Source: Candidatus Eiseniibacteriota bacterium (lineage in GTDB: Bacteria > Eisenbacteria > RBG-16-71-46). Taken from it: DNA of 64,000 bases. The notes under the pieces are model-generated. The model did no database searches. It was not told the origin of the DNA and saw only the letters and a list, made by a program, of their open reading frames with translations. The stretch lies in the NCBI GenBank assembly GCA_963717505.1, contig OY970342.1, positions 2,656,001-2,720,000 of the forward strand, in the 5' to 3' direction. Position 1 is the first letter of the stretch. Each line of letters opens with the position of its first letter. Shown piece after piece: positions 30,755 through 38,777 of this stretch. Position numbers and translations under genes: made by a program.

Positions 30755-32908
30755 GTGGAACGTTGGACCAATCCCGCTCAGATGAGTCTGGTGCTCGCGA
30801 GCGCGCTGCTCGTGGGCGTGATCGGACTTCTGGCGCTGCTCCGGCGCGGCCATTGGCTCACGACGCTGGCGTTCTCGTCGGCCTTTCTCGCGATCGCGGC
30901 CTTCCAGGCGGGGACGCTGGCCATCCTGCTCGCGGACTCCGAGTCGGGGGCGCGCGCCTGGGCGGTCTATCTGGCGCGCAGCTCGGCGCTGGCCTCGTGG
31001 CTCTGGCTCTGCCTCAGCGTCGTGCTCGGCCGCGGCGATCCCTGGGTCGAAGTCAAGAACTCGGCGGCGTTCCTGGCGGTCGGGCTGGCCGGGTGTCTGG
31101 CCATGAGCCTGGTGGCCGCCTCGCCCCAGGTCGTGCGTGGAGTCCAGGGAACCGGCGGTGCGGCGGTGATCGAGCTCGGCACCATGGGCAAGATCTACCT
31201 GACCTACGTCGTCCTGGTCATGGTCGCCGTGCTCATGAATATCGAGCGAACGTTGCGCATGGCGACCGCCACCGGCCAGCGGCGACTGCGCCCGATGTTC
31301 CTCGCGGTCCTGGTCGGCGTGCTGACCCAGCTGCTCATCGTCTCCGCCGGCCTGCTGTACGGCGGACTCCAGGTCGGCTGGATGTCGGCGGCGGCTGCAC
31401 CGATGTTCGTCGCCGGTGTGGTCACCGCGATGGGGCTGGCGCGCTGGCGCCTGACCGACCTCAACGTGCCGGTCGCCCGCCCGGTGATCTACTACTCGAC
31501 GGTATCGCTGACGCTGGCGGCGGCCTTCCTGCTGACCATGGCGATCCTGTCGCGCGTCCTGCCGCTGCTGCCGCCGGGCGGCCGGCAGATTGCGAGCCTC
31601 GGTTTCTACGTTCTGGCGGGCGGCGGCGGATTGATCCTGCTGTTCAGCCCGCGCGCGAGCCGCGTCGTGCGCCGATTCGTCGACCGGAACTTCTACGCGA
31701 ACCGTTACGACTACCGCAGGGAATGGGAGCGGGTCAGCTCGTCGATCACCCCGACCGCGCGCCCGGAAGACATCGGCCGGCAGATCGAATCGCTGTGCCG
31801 CATGGTGTTCGATGCCGATCGCGTCGCCGTCTACTTGCTCGATGCGGGCGGCAGGAACTTCCGCCGCCTGGCCGGGCCGTCGGGCATGCCGCCCGCGATC
31901 GCGATGGCGAATCCGTTGGTGCGTCACCTCGAGCAGAACGCGGAACCGGTCGTGTTCCAGGAGGTGGCGCGCGATCTGGACCTGGTGCCTCTGGTCGCCG
32001 AGAACCGCGAGGCGATCCAGGCCTTGCGCGCCGCGGTCGTGGCGCCGCTCGCAGCCGGTGCGCAGCTGGTCGGGCTGCTGTGGCTGAGCGAAAAGCGCAG
32101 CGACGAGAACTATTCCAGCGAGGACATCGCGTTCCTGGGCACGATGGCCCGGCAGCTGGGCGCGGCCCTCGGATTTGCGTTGCAGGCGACCCAGATCGCC
32201 GAGGCCCGTCAGTTCGAGTCGGTGCACCGCTTGTCTACCCACGTCTTGCACGACATCAAGAATCACATCTCGGGCCTGTCGTTGATGCTCGAGAACGCGC
32301 GCAAACATCTGTCGAACCCCGATTTTCAGCGCGATGCTTTGATCGTGATCGAACGGACGGTCACGAATCTCCAGGGTCTCATGAGCCAGGTGGCCAGCGT
32401 CGCGCGCAAGCCCGAGGTCCGCCGGCATCCGACGCCGCTCCAGGAACTGTTGCGCGACGCCGCGGCGGCGGCCGGACTCGGGCTCGCCGGCCACAACGGC
32501 ATCCGGTTTCAGATCACGTGCGAGGTCGACGGCAACGTGCTCATGGACCGGGACCAGATGCTGCGGGTGGTCGCGAACCTGCTGACCAACGCGCGCGAAG
32601 CGTTGCCCGGGCCGGGCGCCATCGACCTCGAGGCTTCGCGAGGGCGGCGTTCCGCGGGCGACGACTGGCTGAATATCGCCGTGCGTGACACCGGACGTGG
32701 GATGAGCGAAGATTTCATTCGCAACTCCCTGTTCAAGCCGTTCACCACCACCAAGAACGCGGGCCTCGGCATCGGATTGGTGCAGTGCCGTGGCATCGTC
32801 GAAGCGCATGGCGGCACGATCACCGTCGCCAGCAGCCCAGGGAACGGCACGACATTCACCGTGTGCATTCCCATGACGGATTCCTCGCCCAGGCCGGCCG
32901 GAGCATGA
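30755..32908 (+). CDS. prsK: PEP-CTERM-system-type histidine kinase (multi-TM, GAF, HisKA, HATPase)
   Basis: FVDRNFYANRYDYRREW, HVLHDIKN..LSLMLENARKHLSNPDFQRD, NLLTNA, DTGRGMSEDFIRNSLFKPFTTTK and GLGIGL. Confidence 0.82.
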   Translation: MERWTNPAQMSLVLASALLVGVIGLLALLRRGHWLTTLAFSSAFLAIAAFQAGTLAILLADSESGARAWAVYLARSSALASWLWLCLSVVLGRGDPWVEVKNSAAFLAVGLAGCLAMSLVAASPQVVRGVQGTGGAAVIELGTMGKIYLTYVVLVMVAVLMNIERTLRMATATGQRRLRPMFLAVLVGVLTQLLIVSAGLLYGGLQVGWMSAAAAPMFVAGVVTAMGLARWRLTDLNVPVARPVIYYSTVSLTLAAAFLLTMAILSRVLPLLPPGGRQIASLGFYVLAGGGGLILLFSPRASRVVRRFVDRNFYANRYDYRREWERVSSSITPTARPEDIGRQIESLCRMVFDADRVAVYLLDAGGRNFRRLAGPSGMPPAIAMANPLVRHLEQNAEPVVFQEVARDLDLVPLVAENREAIQALRAAVVAPLAAGAQLVGLLWLSEKRSDENYSSEDIAFLGTMARQLGAALGFALQATQIAEARQFESVHRLSTHVLHDIKNHISGLSLMLENARKHLSNPDFQRDALIVIERTVTNLQGLMSQVASVARKPEVRRHPTPLQELLRDAAAAAGLGLAGHNGIRFQITCEVDGNVLMDRDQMLRVVANLLTNAREALPGPGAIDLEASRGRRSAGDDWLNIAVRDTGRGMSEDFIRNSLFKPFTTTKNAGLGIGLVQCRGIVEAHGGTITVASSPGNGTTFTVCIPMTDSSPRPAGA

Positions 32909-32912
32909 CCCA

Positions 32913-34325
32913 TTGTCGACGACCGAAACGCCGCTCGAAAAGATCCTGATCGTCGAGGACGAGGAGGCGATCCGGAACCAGCTGCGCTGGGGACTCTCCG
33001 AGGACTACGAGGTGCTGTCGGCGGCGACCGCGGACGAAGCCCGTCACCTGCTGCGCACCGAGCGGCCGAGCGTCGTAGCGCTCGACGTCACCTTGAACAC
33101 GCCGGGACGTCCGGCCGAAGAGGGTCTCGAGCTGCTCGAGGAGATCGTCGACCGTTTCCCGCAGACCAAGGTGGTCATGGTCACCGGCAATACCAGTCGC
33201 GAGAACGCCCTGCTCGCGCTGCAGCGCGGCGCGGTCGACTGGTACGGCAAGCCGATCGACCTGGGCGAGCTCAAGCTGATCCTCAAGCGCGCACTCCACA
33301 TCCGCGCCATCGAGCAGGCCGAGCAGCGGGTGCTCAGCCGCCGGCGCTATCACGAGCAGGTTGGCGAGTCGGAGCCGATGCAGCGCGTGTTCTCGATGAT
33401 CCAGCGCGTGGCGCCGACTGACGCCACGGTCCTGATCATCGGCGAGAACGGCACCGGCAAGGAGCTGATCGCCCACGCGGTCCACCAGGCCGGCCCGCGA
33501 CGCGACCACCCCTTCGTGCCGATCCACTGTGGCGCGATTCCCGAGACGCTGATCGAGAGCGAGTTGTTCGGCCACGAGCGGGGAGCGTTCACCGACGCCC
33601 ATCGCGCGCGCGAGGGCAAGTTCGAGCTGGCGGAGGGCGGGACGGTCTTCCTCGACGAGATCGGTGAGCTGCCGCCGCCGGTGCAGGTCAAGCTGCTGCG
33701 CTTCCTCCAGGATCACCGAGTCGAGCGGGTCGGTGGCCGCGAGTCGCGCGAGGTCGATGTCCGAGTGGTGGCGGCGACCAACCGCGATCTCGGGGCGGCG
33801 ATCGCCGACTCGTCGTTTCGGCAGGATCTCTACTACCGGCTCGGGGTGGTGACCATCAAGGCGCCGCCGCTTCGTGACCGCGGCGACGACGTGCGCATTC
33901 TGGCCGAGTACTTCCTCGAGTACTACGCCCGGCACCACAAGCGGAAGATCCGCGGCTTCACCCAGTCGGCCCTGCGCGCCTTGGCTGTTCATCCCTGGCC
34001 CGGCAACGTCCGCGAACTCGAGAACCGGGTCCAACGCGCCATCATTCTGGCGCAGGACGCGTTCCTGCGGCCCGAGGACCTCGAGCTGGAGGAGGCTCGA
34101 GTCGACGAGACATCGACGCTCCAGTCCGCCCGCGATCGCGCCGAGCGCGAGACGCTGATCCAGGCCCTGGTGCGCAACGCGGGCAACATCACGCGTGCGG
34201 CGCGCGACGTCGACGTCAGCCGGCCGACGTTCCACGACCTCCTGCGCCGGCACGGGATCGAGGCCAGCCGGTACCGGCGCTCGGGGACCGGCGAGGCGGT
34301 CGAAGAGACCGAGGACGAGGCGTGA
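32913..34325 (+). CDS. prsR: sigma54-dependent response regulator (PrsR/NtrC family)
   Basis: Receiver domain, GENGTGKE, ESELFGHERGAFTDA, FLDEIGE, WPGNVRELEN and a Fis HTH (VSRPTFHDLL). Confidence 0.82.
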   Translation: MSTTETPLEKILIVEDEEAIRNQLRWGLSEDYEVLSAATADEARHLLRTERPSVVALDVTLNTPGRPAEEGLELLEEIVDRFPQTKVVMVTGNTSRENALLALQRGAVDWYGKPIDLGELKLILKRALHIRAIEQAEQRVLSRRRYHEQVGESEPMQRVFSMIQRVAPTDATVLIIGENGTGKELIAHAVHQAGPRRDHPFVPIHCGAIPETLIESELFGHERGAFTDAHRAREGKFELAEGGTVFLDEIGELPPPVQVKLLRFLQDHRVERVGGRESREVDVRVVAATNRDLGAAIADSSFRQDLYYRLGVVTIKAPPLRDRGDDVRILAEYFLEYYARHHKRKIRGFTQSALRALAVHPWPGNVRELENRVQRAIILAQDAFLRPEDLELEEARVDETSTLQSARDRAERETLIQALVRNAGNITRAARDVDVSRPTFHDLLRRHGIEASRYRRSGTGEAVEETEDEA

Positions 34326-34380
34326 CCGCGGCCGCCCGGCCGGCCGCCCAACGAAACGCCCCGCGCCGGAACTCCGGGTC

Positions 34381-34428
34381 GGGGCGAATTCTGGGGCGAG
34401 TTTTAGGGCGAATCTTCGGGCCAATTCT
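34381..34428 (+). repeat. Four degenerate 12-bp tandem repeats
   Basis: GGGGCGAATTCT GGGGCGAGTTTT AGGGCGAATCTT CGGGCCAATTCT. Confidence 0.7.
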
Positions 34429-34579
34429 ATGGGGGGACATCGCTTTCAGAGTCGCGGGCCGCACGCGAACATCGTCCAACGCGCCCCCCCGTCACGTCGT
34501 GACCGAATGGATGTCCGCGACGCGCCGATCGATTCCAGCTTTTTCGGCTGGCTGAACGTCCTCTGAAATAATCCCGGAC

Positions 34580-35236
34580 ATGGACGAACCGCGCCCCACA
34601 CCCGCGTACTTCCTGGCCATCGCCGGCAACATCGGTGTCGGCAAGACCGAGCTCACCGTGCGACTCAGCGAGGAGCTGGGCTGGGACACCTACTTCGAGC
34701 CGGTGATCCAGAATCCCTACCTCGACCCGTTCTACGCCAACATGACCCGCTGGAGCTTCCACCTCCAGATCTACTTCCTGAGCGAGCGGTTCAAGGCGCA
34801 GGTCCAGGTCGGGGCTTCCGGGCGGCCGTTCATCCAGGACCGCACGATCTACGAGGACGCCGAGATCTTCGCGCGCACGCTGCACGACCAGGGCAGCATG
34901 ACCGAGGTCGACTACAAGAACTACCGGGCGCTGTTCGACATCCTCATGAGCTACCTGCGGCGGCCGGACATGATTCTGTATCTCAAGTCGAGTCCGGAAG
35001 AGCTGATGAAGCGGATCGCGCGCCGCGGGCGTCCGAGTGAGCAGTCCATCGGTTCCGACTACATTTCGCGGCTGAACCACGCGTACGACGATTGGATCCG
35101 CCGGGCGCGTGCCGAGACCGAGGTCCTCGAGATCGACACCGATCGCGTTCCGCTGCAGGGAGAAACCCCGGCGTTCCGAAAACTGGTGGACGAACTCAAG
35201 CGCCGGTACCCGCGCCAGTCCCAGCTCGGACTGTGA
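34580..35236 (+). CDS. Deoxynucleoside kinase (dCK/dGK family)
   Basis: AGNIGVGKT P-loop, EPV..NPYL..FY, LQIYFLSER, QDRTIYED and RIARRGR. Confidence 0.92.
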   Translation: MDEPRPTPAYFLAIAGNIGVGKTELTVRLSEELGWDTYFEPVIQNPYLDPFYANMTRWSFHLQIYFLSERFKAQVQVGASGRPFIQDRTIYEDAEIFARTLHDQGSMTEVDYKNYRALFDILMSYLRRPDMILYLKSSPEELMKRIARRGRPSEQSIGSDYISRLNHAYDDWIRRARAETEVLEIDTDRVPLQGETPAFRKLVDELKRRYPRQSQLGL

Positions 35237-35260
35237 ACGCGGCCGGAGAGGCCGCGAACG

Positions 35261-38038
35261 CTAGCGCTTGAGCGCTTCGAGCACCCCCGCGCAGCGACCG
35301 CACACTGCGCCCTCGCCGGCGCTCACGTCGCTCCGATAGGTCCAGCAGCGGTCGCACTTGGAGTAGCTCGTGCGCTGGACGCGAATCGCGAGCGCGCCGG
35401 CCGCCTCGGAGAGGTTGACGCGCGCCACCATCAGGAACGCGGGTAGCTCGTCGCCGTAGCCTCGCAGCCTAGCGGCCGTAGCGGGGTCGGCCTGGAGGTC
35501 GACCTCGGCCTCGCTCGTGGTTGCGAGCGTGCGCGCCGCGCGCAGGGGCTCGATCGCGGCGTTGACCTGGTCGCGAATGCCGGTCAGGAATCGCCACTCC
35601 GCGTCGTCCGGCGGCGTCCCCCGATCTTCGGCCCAGAGGGCGAGGTGGACGCTCGGCGCTTCGGCCTTGAGTCCCGGGTGATGCTGCCAGGCCTCCTCGG
35701 CGGTGAACGCGAGAGCCGGCGACGTCGCGAGCAGCAGGTCGTGCAGCGCGCGCCACAACACGGTCTGCGCCGAACGGCGGTCGGGATCGTCTGGGGCCAG
35801 CGAGTAGAGCCGATCCTTGGCGATGTCGAGGAAGACGGCGGACAGGTCCACCGTGCAGACGTCGAGGATGCCGGCGATCGCGCGATGGAATTCGAGGGCC
35901 GCCCAGGCCTTGCGCACCTGGACCAGCCGGACCCGAAGCGAGTCGTCGAGCGCCCGGTCGATCCGCGTCAGACGTTCGCGCGGCACGGCCCGGGAAGGGT
36001 CGTAGTCGTGAAGGTTGCCAAGCAGGAATCGAAACGTGTTTCGCACCTTGCGATACGCCTCGGCGGTGCGCTGCAGGATCTCGTCGCCGACCCGTACGTC
36101 GGTGCGCCAGTCCGTGGCCAACGCCCACCAGCGAACGATCTCGGCGCCGTACTTGCCGACCACGTCGATCGGCGAAACCACGTTGCCGAGGGACTTGTGC
36201 ATGGCGCGTCCCTGCGAATCGAGCACCCAGCCGTGGGTGAGCACGTCGGTGTACGGTGCCTTTCCGGTGAGTCCGACGCCGACCATGAGCGAGGAGTTGA
36301 ACCAGCCGCGGTGCTGATCGGGGCCCTCGTAGTAGACGACCCGTCCGCCTTCCCGCTCGGCGCGGCTCCAGACAACATCGAGCTCGGGGTGGGTCGCGCG
36401 GACCGCGCGATGCGTGGTCCCCGAGTCGAACCAGACATCGAGGATGTCGGTCTCTTTGCGGAACGGTCCGCGGCCGCCACAGTGGCGGCACGCGTAGCCG
36501 TCCGGCAGGAAGTGCTCGACCGGCTTCTCGTACCAGGCGTCGGAGCCGTCGGCGCGCGTGACTTCGGCGACCCGCGCCATCACCCGGTCGTCGAGGTCGG
36601 GCTGGTCGCAGCTCTCGCAATAGATCGCGGGGATGCCGACGCCCCAGGCGCGCTGGCGTGACAGGCACCAATCCGGCCGCAGTCGGACCGCATCGTGAAT
36701 GCGGTTGCGGGACGAGGGCGGATCCCAGCGCACCTCGTGGTCGATGCTCGCCAGCGCACGGTCGCGGTGGCCGTCGTGGTCGATGATCATGAACCACTGG
36801 TCGGTGGCGCGGAAGATCACCGGATTGCGGCAGCGCCAGCAGTGGGGATAGGGGTGGCTGATGGTCCCCGAGGCGAGCAGGCGTCCGCGCTCGCGGAGCC
36901 ACGGGATGATCTGGTCGTGGACCGTGAGCACGCTCTCCCCGACGAACGGCTCGGCGCCAGCGGTGAATCGGCCGGCGGCGTCGACCGGGCACTCGACGCC
37001 CAGGCCGTTGCGCTGGCCGACCAGGAAGTCTTCCTTGCCGTGACCCGGTGCCGTGTGAACGATGCCGGTGCCGTCTTCCATGCTCACGAACGGCGTCCCG
37101 TCCACGACCCGCGAGTCGCGACCCCACGGACCTTCGAAGATCAGACCCACCAGATCGGCGCCACGCAGCCGCTCGCGCACCGCGGGCGAGGACCAGCCAG
37201 CTGCCTGCGCCACCGACTCGAGTCGCGGTTCGGCGACCAGCCACATGCCACCGCCCGCCTCGACCACGACGTAGTTCGCCGTCGGATCGACCATCAACCC
37301 GAGGTTCGCAGGCAGGGTCCACGGCGTCGTCGTCCAGGCGACCGCGGCCACCCCGGCATGACGCGCCAATCGGCCGTTCGGGTCGCGGCGCAACGGAAAC
37401 GAGACGTGGATCGACGGCGAGGCGTCGTCCTGATACTCGATCTCGGCTTCGGCCAGCGCCGTGCGATCGGTCGGACACCAGTGGATCGACCGCTGGCCGC
37501 GCTGGACGAAACCCTTGGCCGCAAGACCGGCGAACGCTTCCACGATCGCGGCCTCGAAGCCCGAGTCCATCGTCAGGTAGGGCCGATCCCAGTCCCCCCA
37601 GCAGCCGAGCCGCTCGAATTCCTCGCGCTGGATCTGCACCCACTTCTTTGCGTATTCGCGGCAGTGCCGGCGCAACGTCAGCCGATCGGCGGCGGCATCG
37701 CGCACCTTGAGGTCGCGCCCGACCTGGACCTCGATCGGCATGCCGTGGTTGTCCCAACCGGGCACAAAGGGAGCGTCGTCGCCCAGCAGGGAATGAACCC
37801 GGATCGCGGCGTCCTTCCAGATCTTGTTGGCCGCGGTTCCCATGTGTAGATGGTTGTTGGAGTAGGGCGGGCCGTCGTGCAGCAGCCACACCGGGCGTCC
37901 GCGGCGGGCCTGGCGCAGCGCGGCGTAGGTCCCGAGCCGGCGCCATTCCTCGAGGCGCTCGACTTCGCGGCGCGTGAGGTCCGCCTTCATCGGGAAGTCG
38001 GTGCGCGGCAGGTTCAGGGTGTCGCGGTATCCCGCCAC
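35261..38038 (-). CDS. ileS: Isoleucine--tRNA ligase (type 1, C-terminal Zn finger)
   Basis: YRDTLNLPRTDFPMKA, LHDGPPY, PGWDNHGMPIE, WTTTPWT, GTGIVHTAPGHG, DWCLSRQR and CDRCW..CGRC. GAGGAG RBS before GTG 38038. Confidence 0.95.
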   Translation of the reverse strand: MAGYRDTLNLPRTDFPMKADLTRREVERLEEWRRLGTYAALRQARRGRPVWLLHDGPPYSNNHLHMGTAANKIWKDAAIRVHSLLGDDAPFVPGWDNHGMPIEVQVGRDLKVRDAAADRLTLRRHCREYAKKWVQIQREEFERLGCWGDWDRPYLTMDSGFEAAIVEAFAGLAAKGFVQRGQRSIHWCPTDRTALAEAEIEYQDDASPSIHVSFPLRRDPNGRLARHAGVAAVAWTTTPWTLPANLGLMVDPTANYVVVEAGGGMWLVAEPRLESVAQAAGWSSPAVRERLRGADLVGLIFEGPWGRDSRVVDGTPFVSMEDGTGIVHTAPGHGKEDFLVGQRNGLGVECPVDAAGRFTAGAEPFVGESVLTVHDQIIPWLRERGRLLASGTISHPYPHCWRCRNPVIFRATDQWFMIIDHDGHRDRALASIDHEVRWDPPSSRNRIHDAVRLRPDWCLSRQRAWGVGIPAIYCESCDQPDLDDRVMARVAEVTRADGSDAWYEKPVEHFLPDGYACRHCGGRGPFRKETDILDVWFDSGTTHRAVRATHPELDVVWSRAEREGGRVVYYEGPDQHRGWFNSSLMVGVGLTGKAPYTDVLTHGWVLDSQGRAMHKSLGNVVSPIDVVGKYGAEIVRWWALATDWRTDVRVGDEILQRTAEAYRKVRNTFRFLLGNLHDYDPSRAVPRERLTRIDRALDDSLRVRLVQVRKAWAALEFHRAIAGILDVCTVDLSAVFLDIAKDRLYSLAPDDPDRRSAQTVLWRALHDLLLATSPALAFTAEEAWQHHPGLKAEAPSVHLALWAEDRGTPPDDAEWRFLTGIRDQVNAAIEPLRAARTLATTSEAEVDLQADPATAARLRGYGDELPAFLMVARVNLSEAAGALAIRVQRTSYSKCDRCWTYRSDVSAGEGAVCGRCAGVLEALKR

Positions 38039-38205
38039 GACGGACTCCTCTAAGAGGGGATGGGGAAAGATCGGCGGGGCAACATGCCACTGGAAACCGG
38101 AAGGGGTCAAGCGCTGGAGGAGTTCGTGACGCCCCGGATGCGTCACGGCCAAACGGCCGCAATGACACCAGCCCTCCGGCACGCCCCAATTCGGCGCGCC
38201 CGACC

Positions 38206-38694
38206 CTACTGGTGGAGGATGAAACCGGAGCGCTGCACGCTCACGGTATCACGGAGTCCGCGGTGATCCTGGACGATGACCAGGCCCGAATTGAGGCACC
38301 GTCCGTCCGGCGTGAATTCGTACTGGTCCTGGGTGCCGGTGCCATTGTAGTAGACGATGCGCCTCGGCAGGTCCCACTTGGGGCCGACCACGCCGTTGTT
38401 GTGAATGTGGTAGTCGCAGTTCTGGTAGTCGAGATAGAAGCGGATGTTCTGGCTCTGCCCGGTCGCGATCGCCTTTTCGCGCGCCAGACGCATTTGGCCG
38501 GCGATGCTGGCGGCCGTGCCGATGAGGTTCTGGGTGGCGGCGTAGTTCAGGTACGAGGGAATGCTGAACGACATGATGATGCCCATGATGGCGAGGACGA
38601 CCATCAGCTCGAGCAGGGAGAAGCCTCGAGCCGACCGCTGACCCCTCGGGCTCGGCGCGGGGTTCAGGTCGACGGAACCTGGAGCGTGGCGCAC
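38206..38694 (-). CDS. GspH/FimT-like prepilin (pseudopilin)
   Basis: RG|FSLLELMVVLAIMGII type IV prepilin cleavage site and RLAREKAI; start approximate (GTG 38694). Confidence 0.85.
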   Translation of the reverse strand: MRHAPGSVDLNPAPSPRGQRSARGFSLLELMVVLAIMGIIMSFSIPSYLNYAATQNLIGTAASIAGQMRLAREKAIATGQSQNIRFYLDYQNCDYHIHNNGVVGPKWDLPRRIVYYNGTGTQDQYEFTPDGRCLNSGLVIVQDHRGLRDTVSVQRSGFILHQ

Positions 38695-38701
38695 CCCTGG
38701 G

Positions 38702-38729
38702 TTTTCGGCCGGGAATCCAGGCGTCTTGA
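38702..38729 (-). promoter_or_regulatory. sigma28-like promoter motif
   Basis: TCAAG-N15-GCCGAAAA on the minus strand, 7 nt upstream of the pilin GTG. Confidence 0.5.
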
Positions 38730-38777
38730 GGGCTCGGCCGGCTCCGGTGGGGTGATTCGCCGATTGGCGGATTCGTC

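Noticed and set aside
38039-38205. T-box leader upstream of ileS
   Set aside because: No AAGGTGGxACC-like T-box sequence is present and the leader is short; only a promoter-like sequence and a hairpin are seen.
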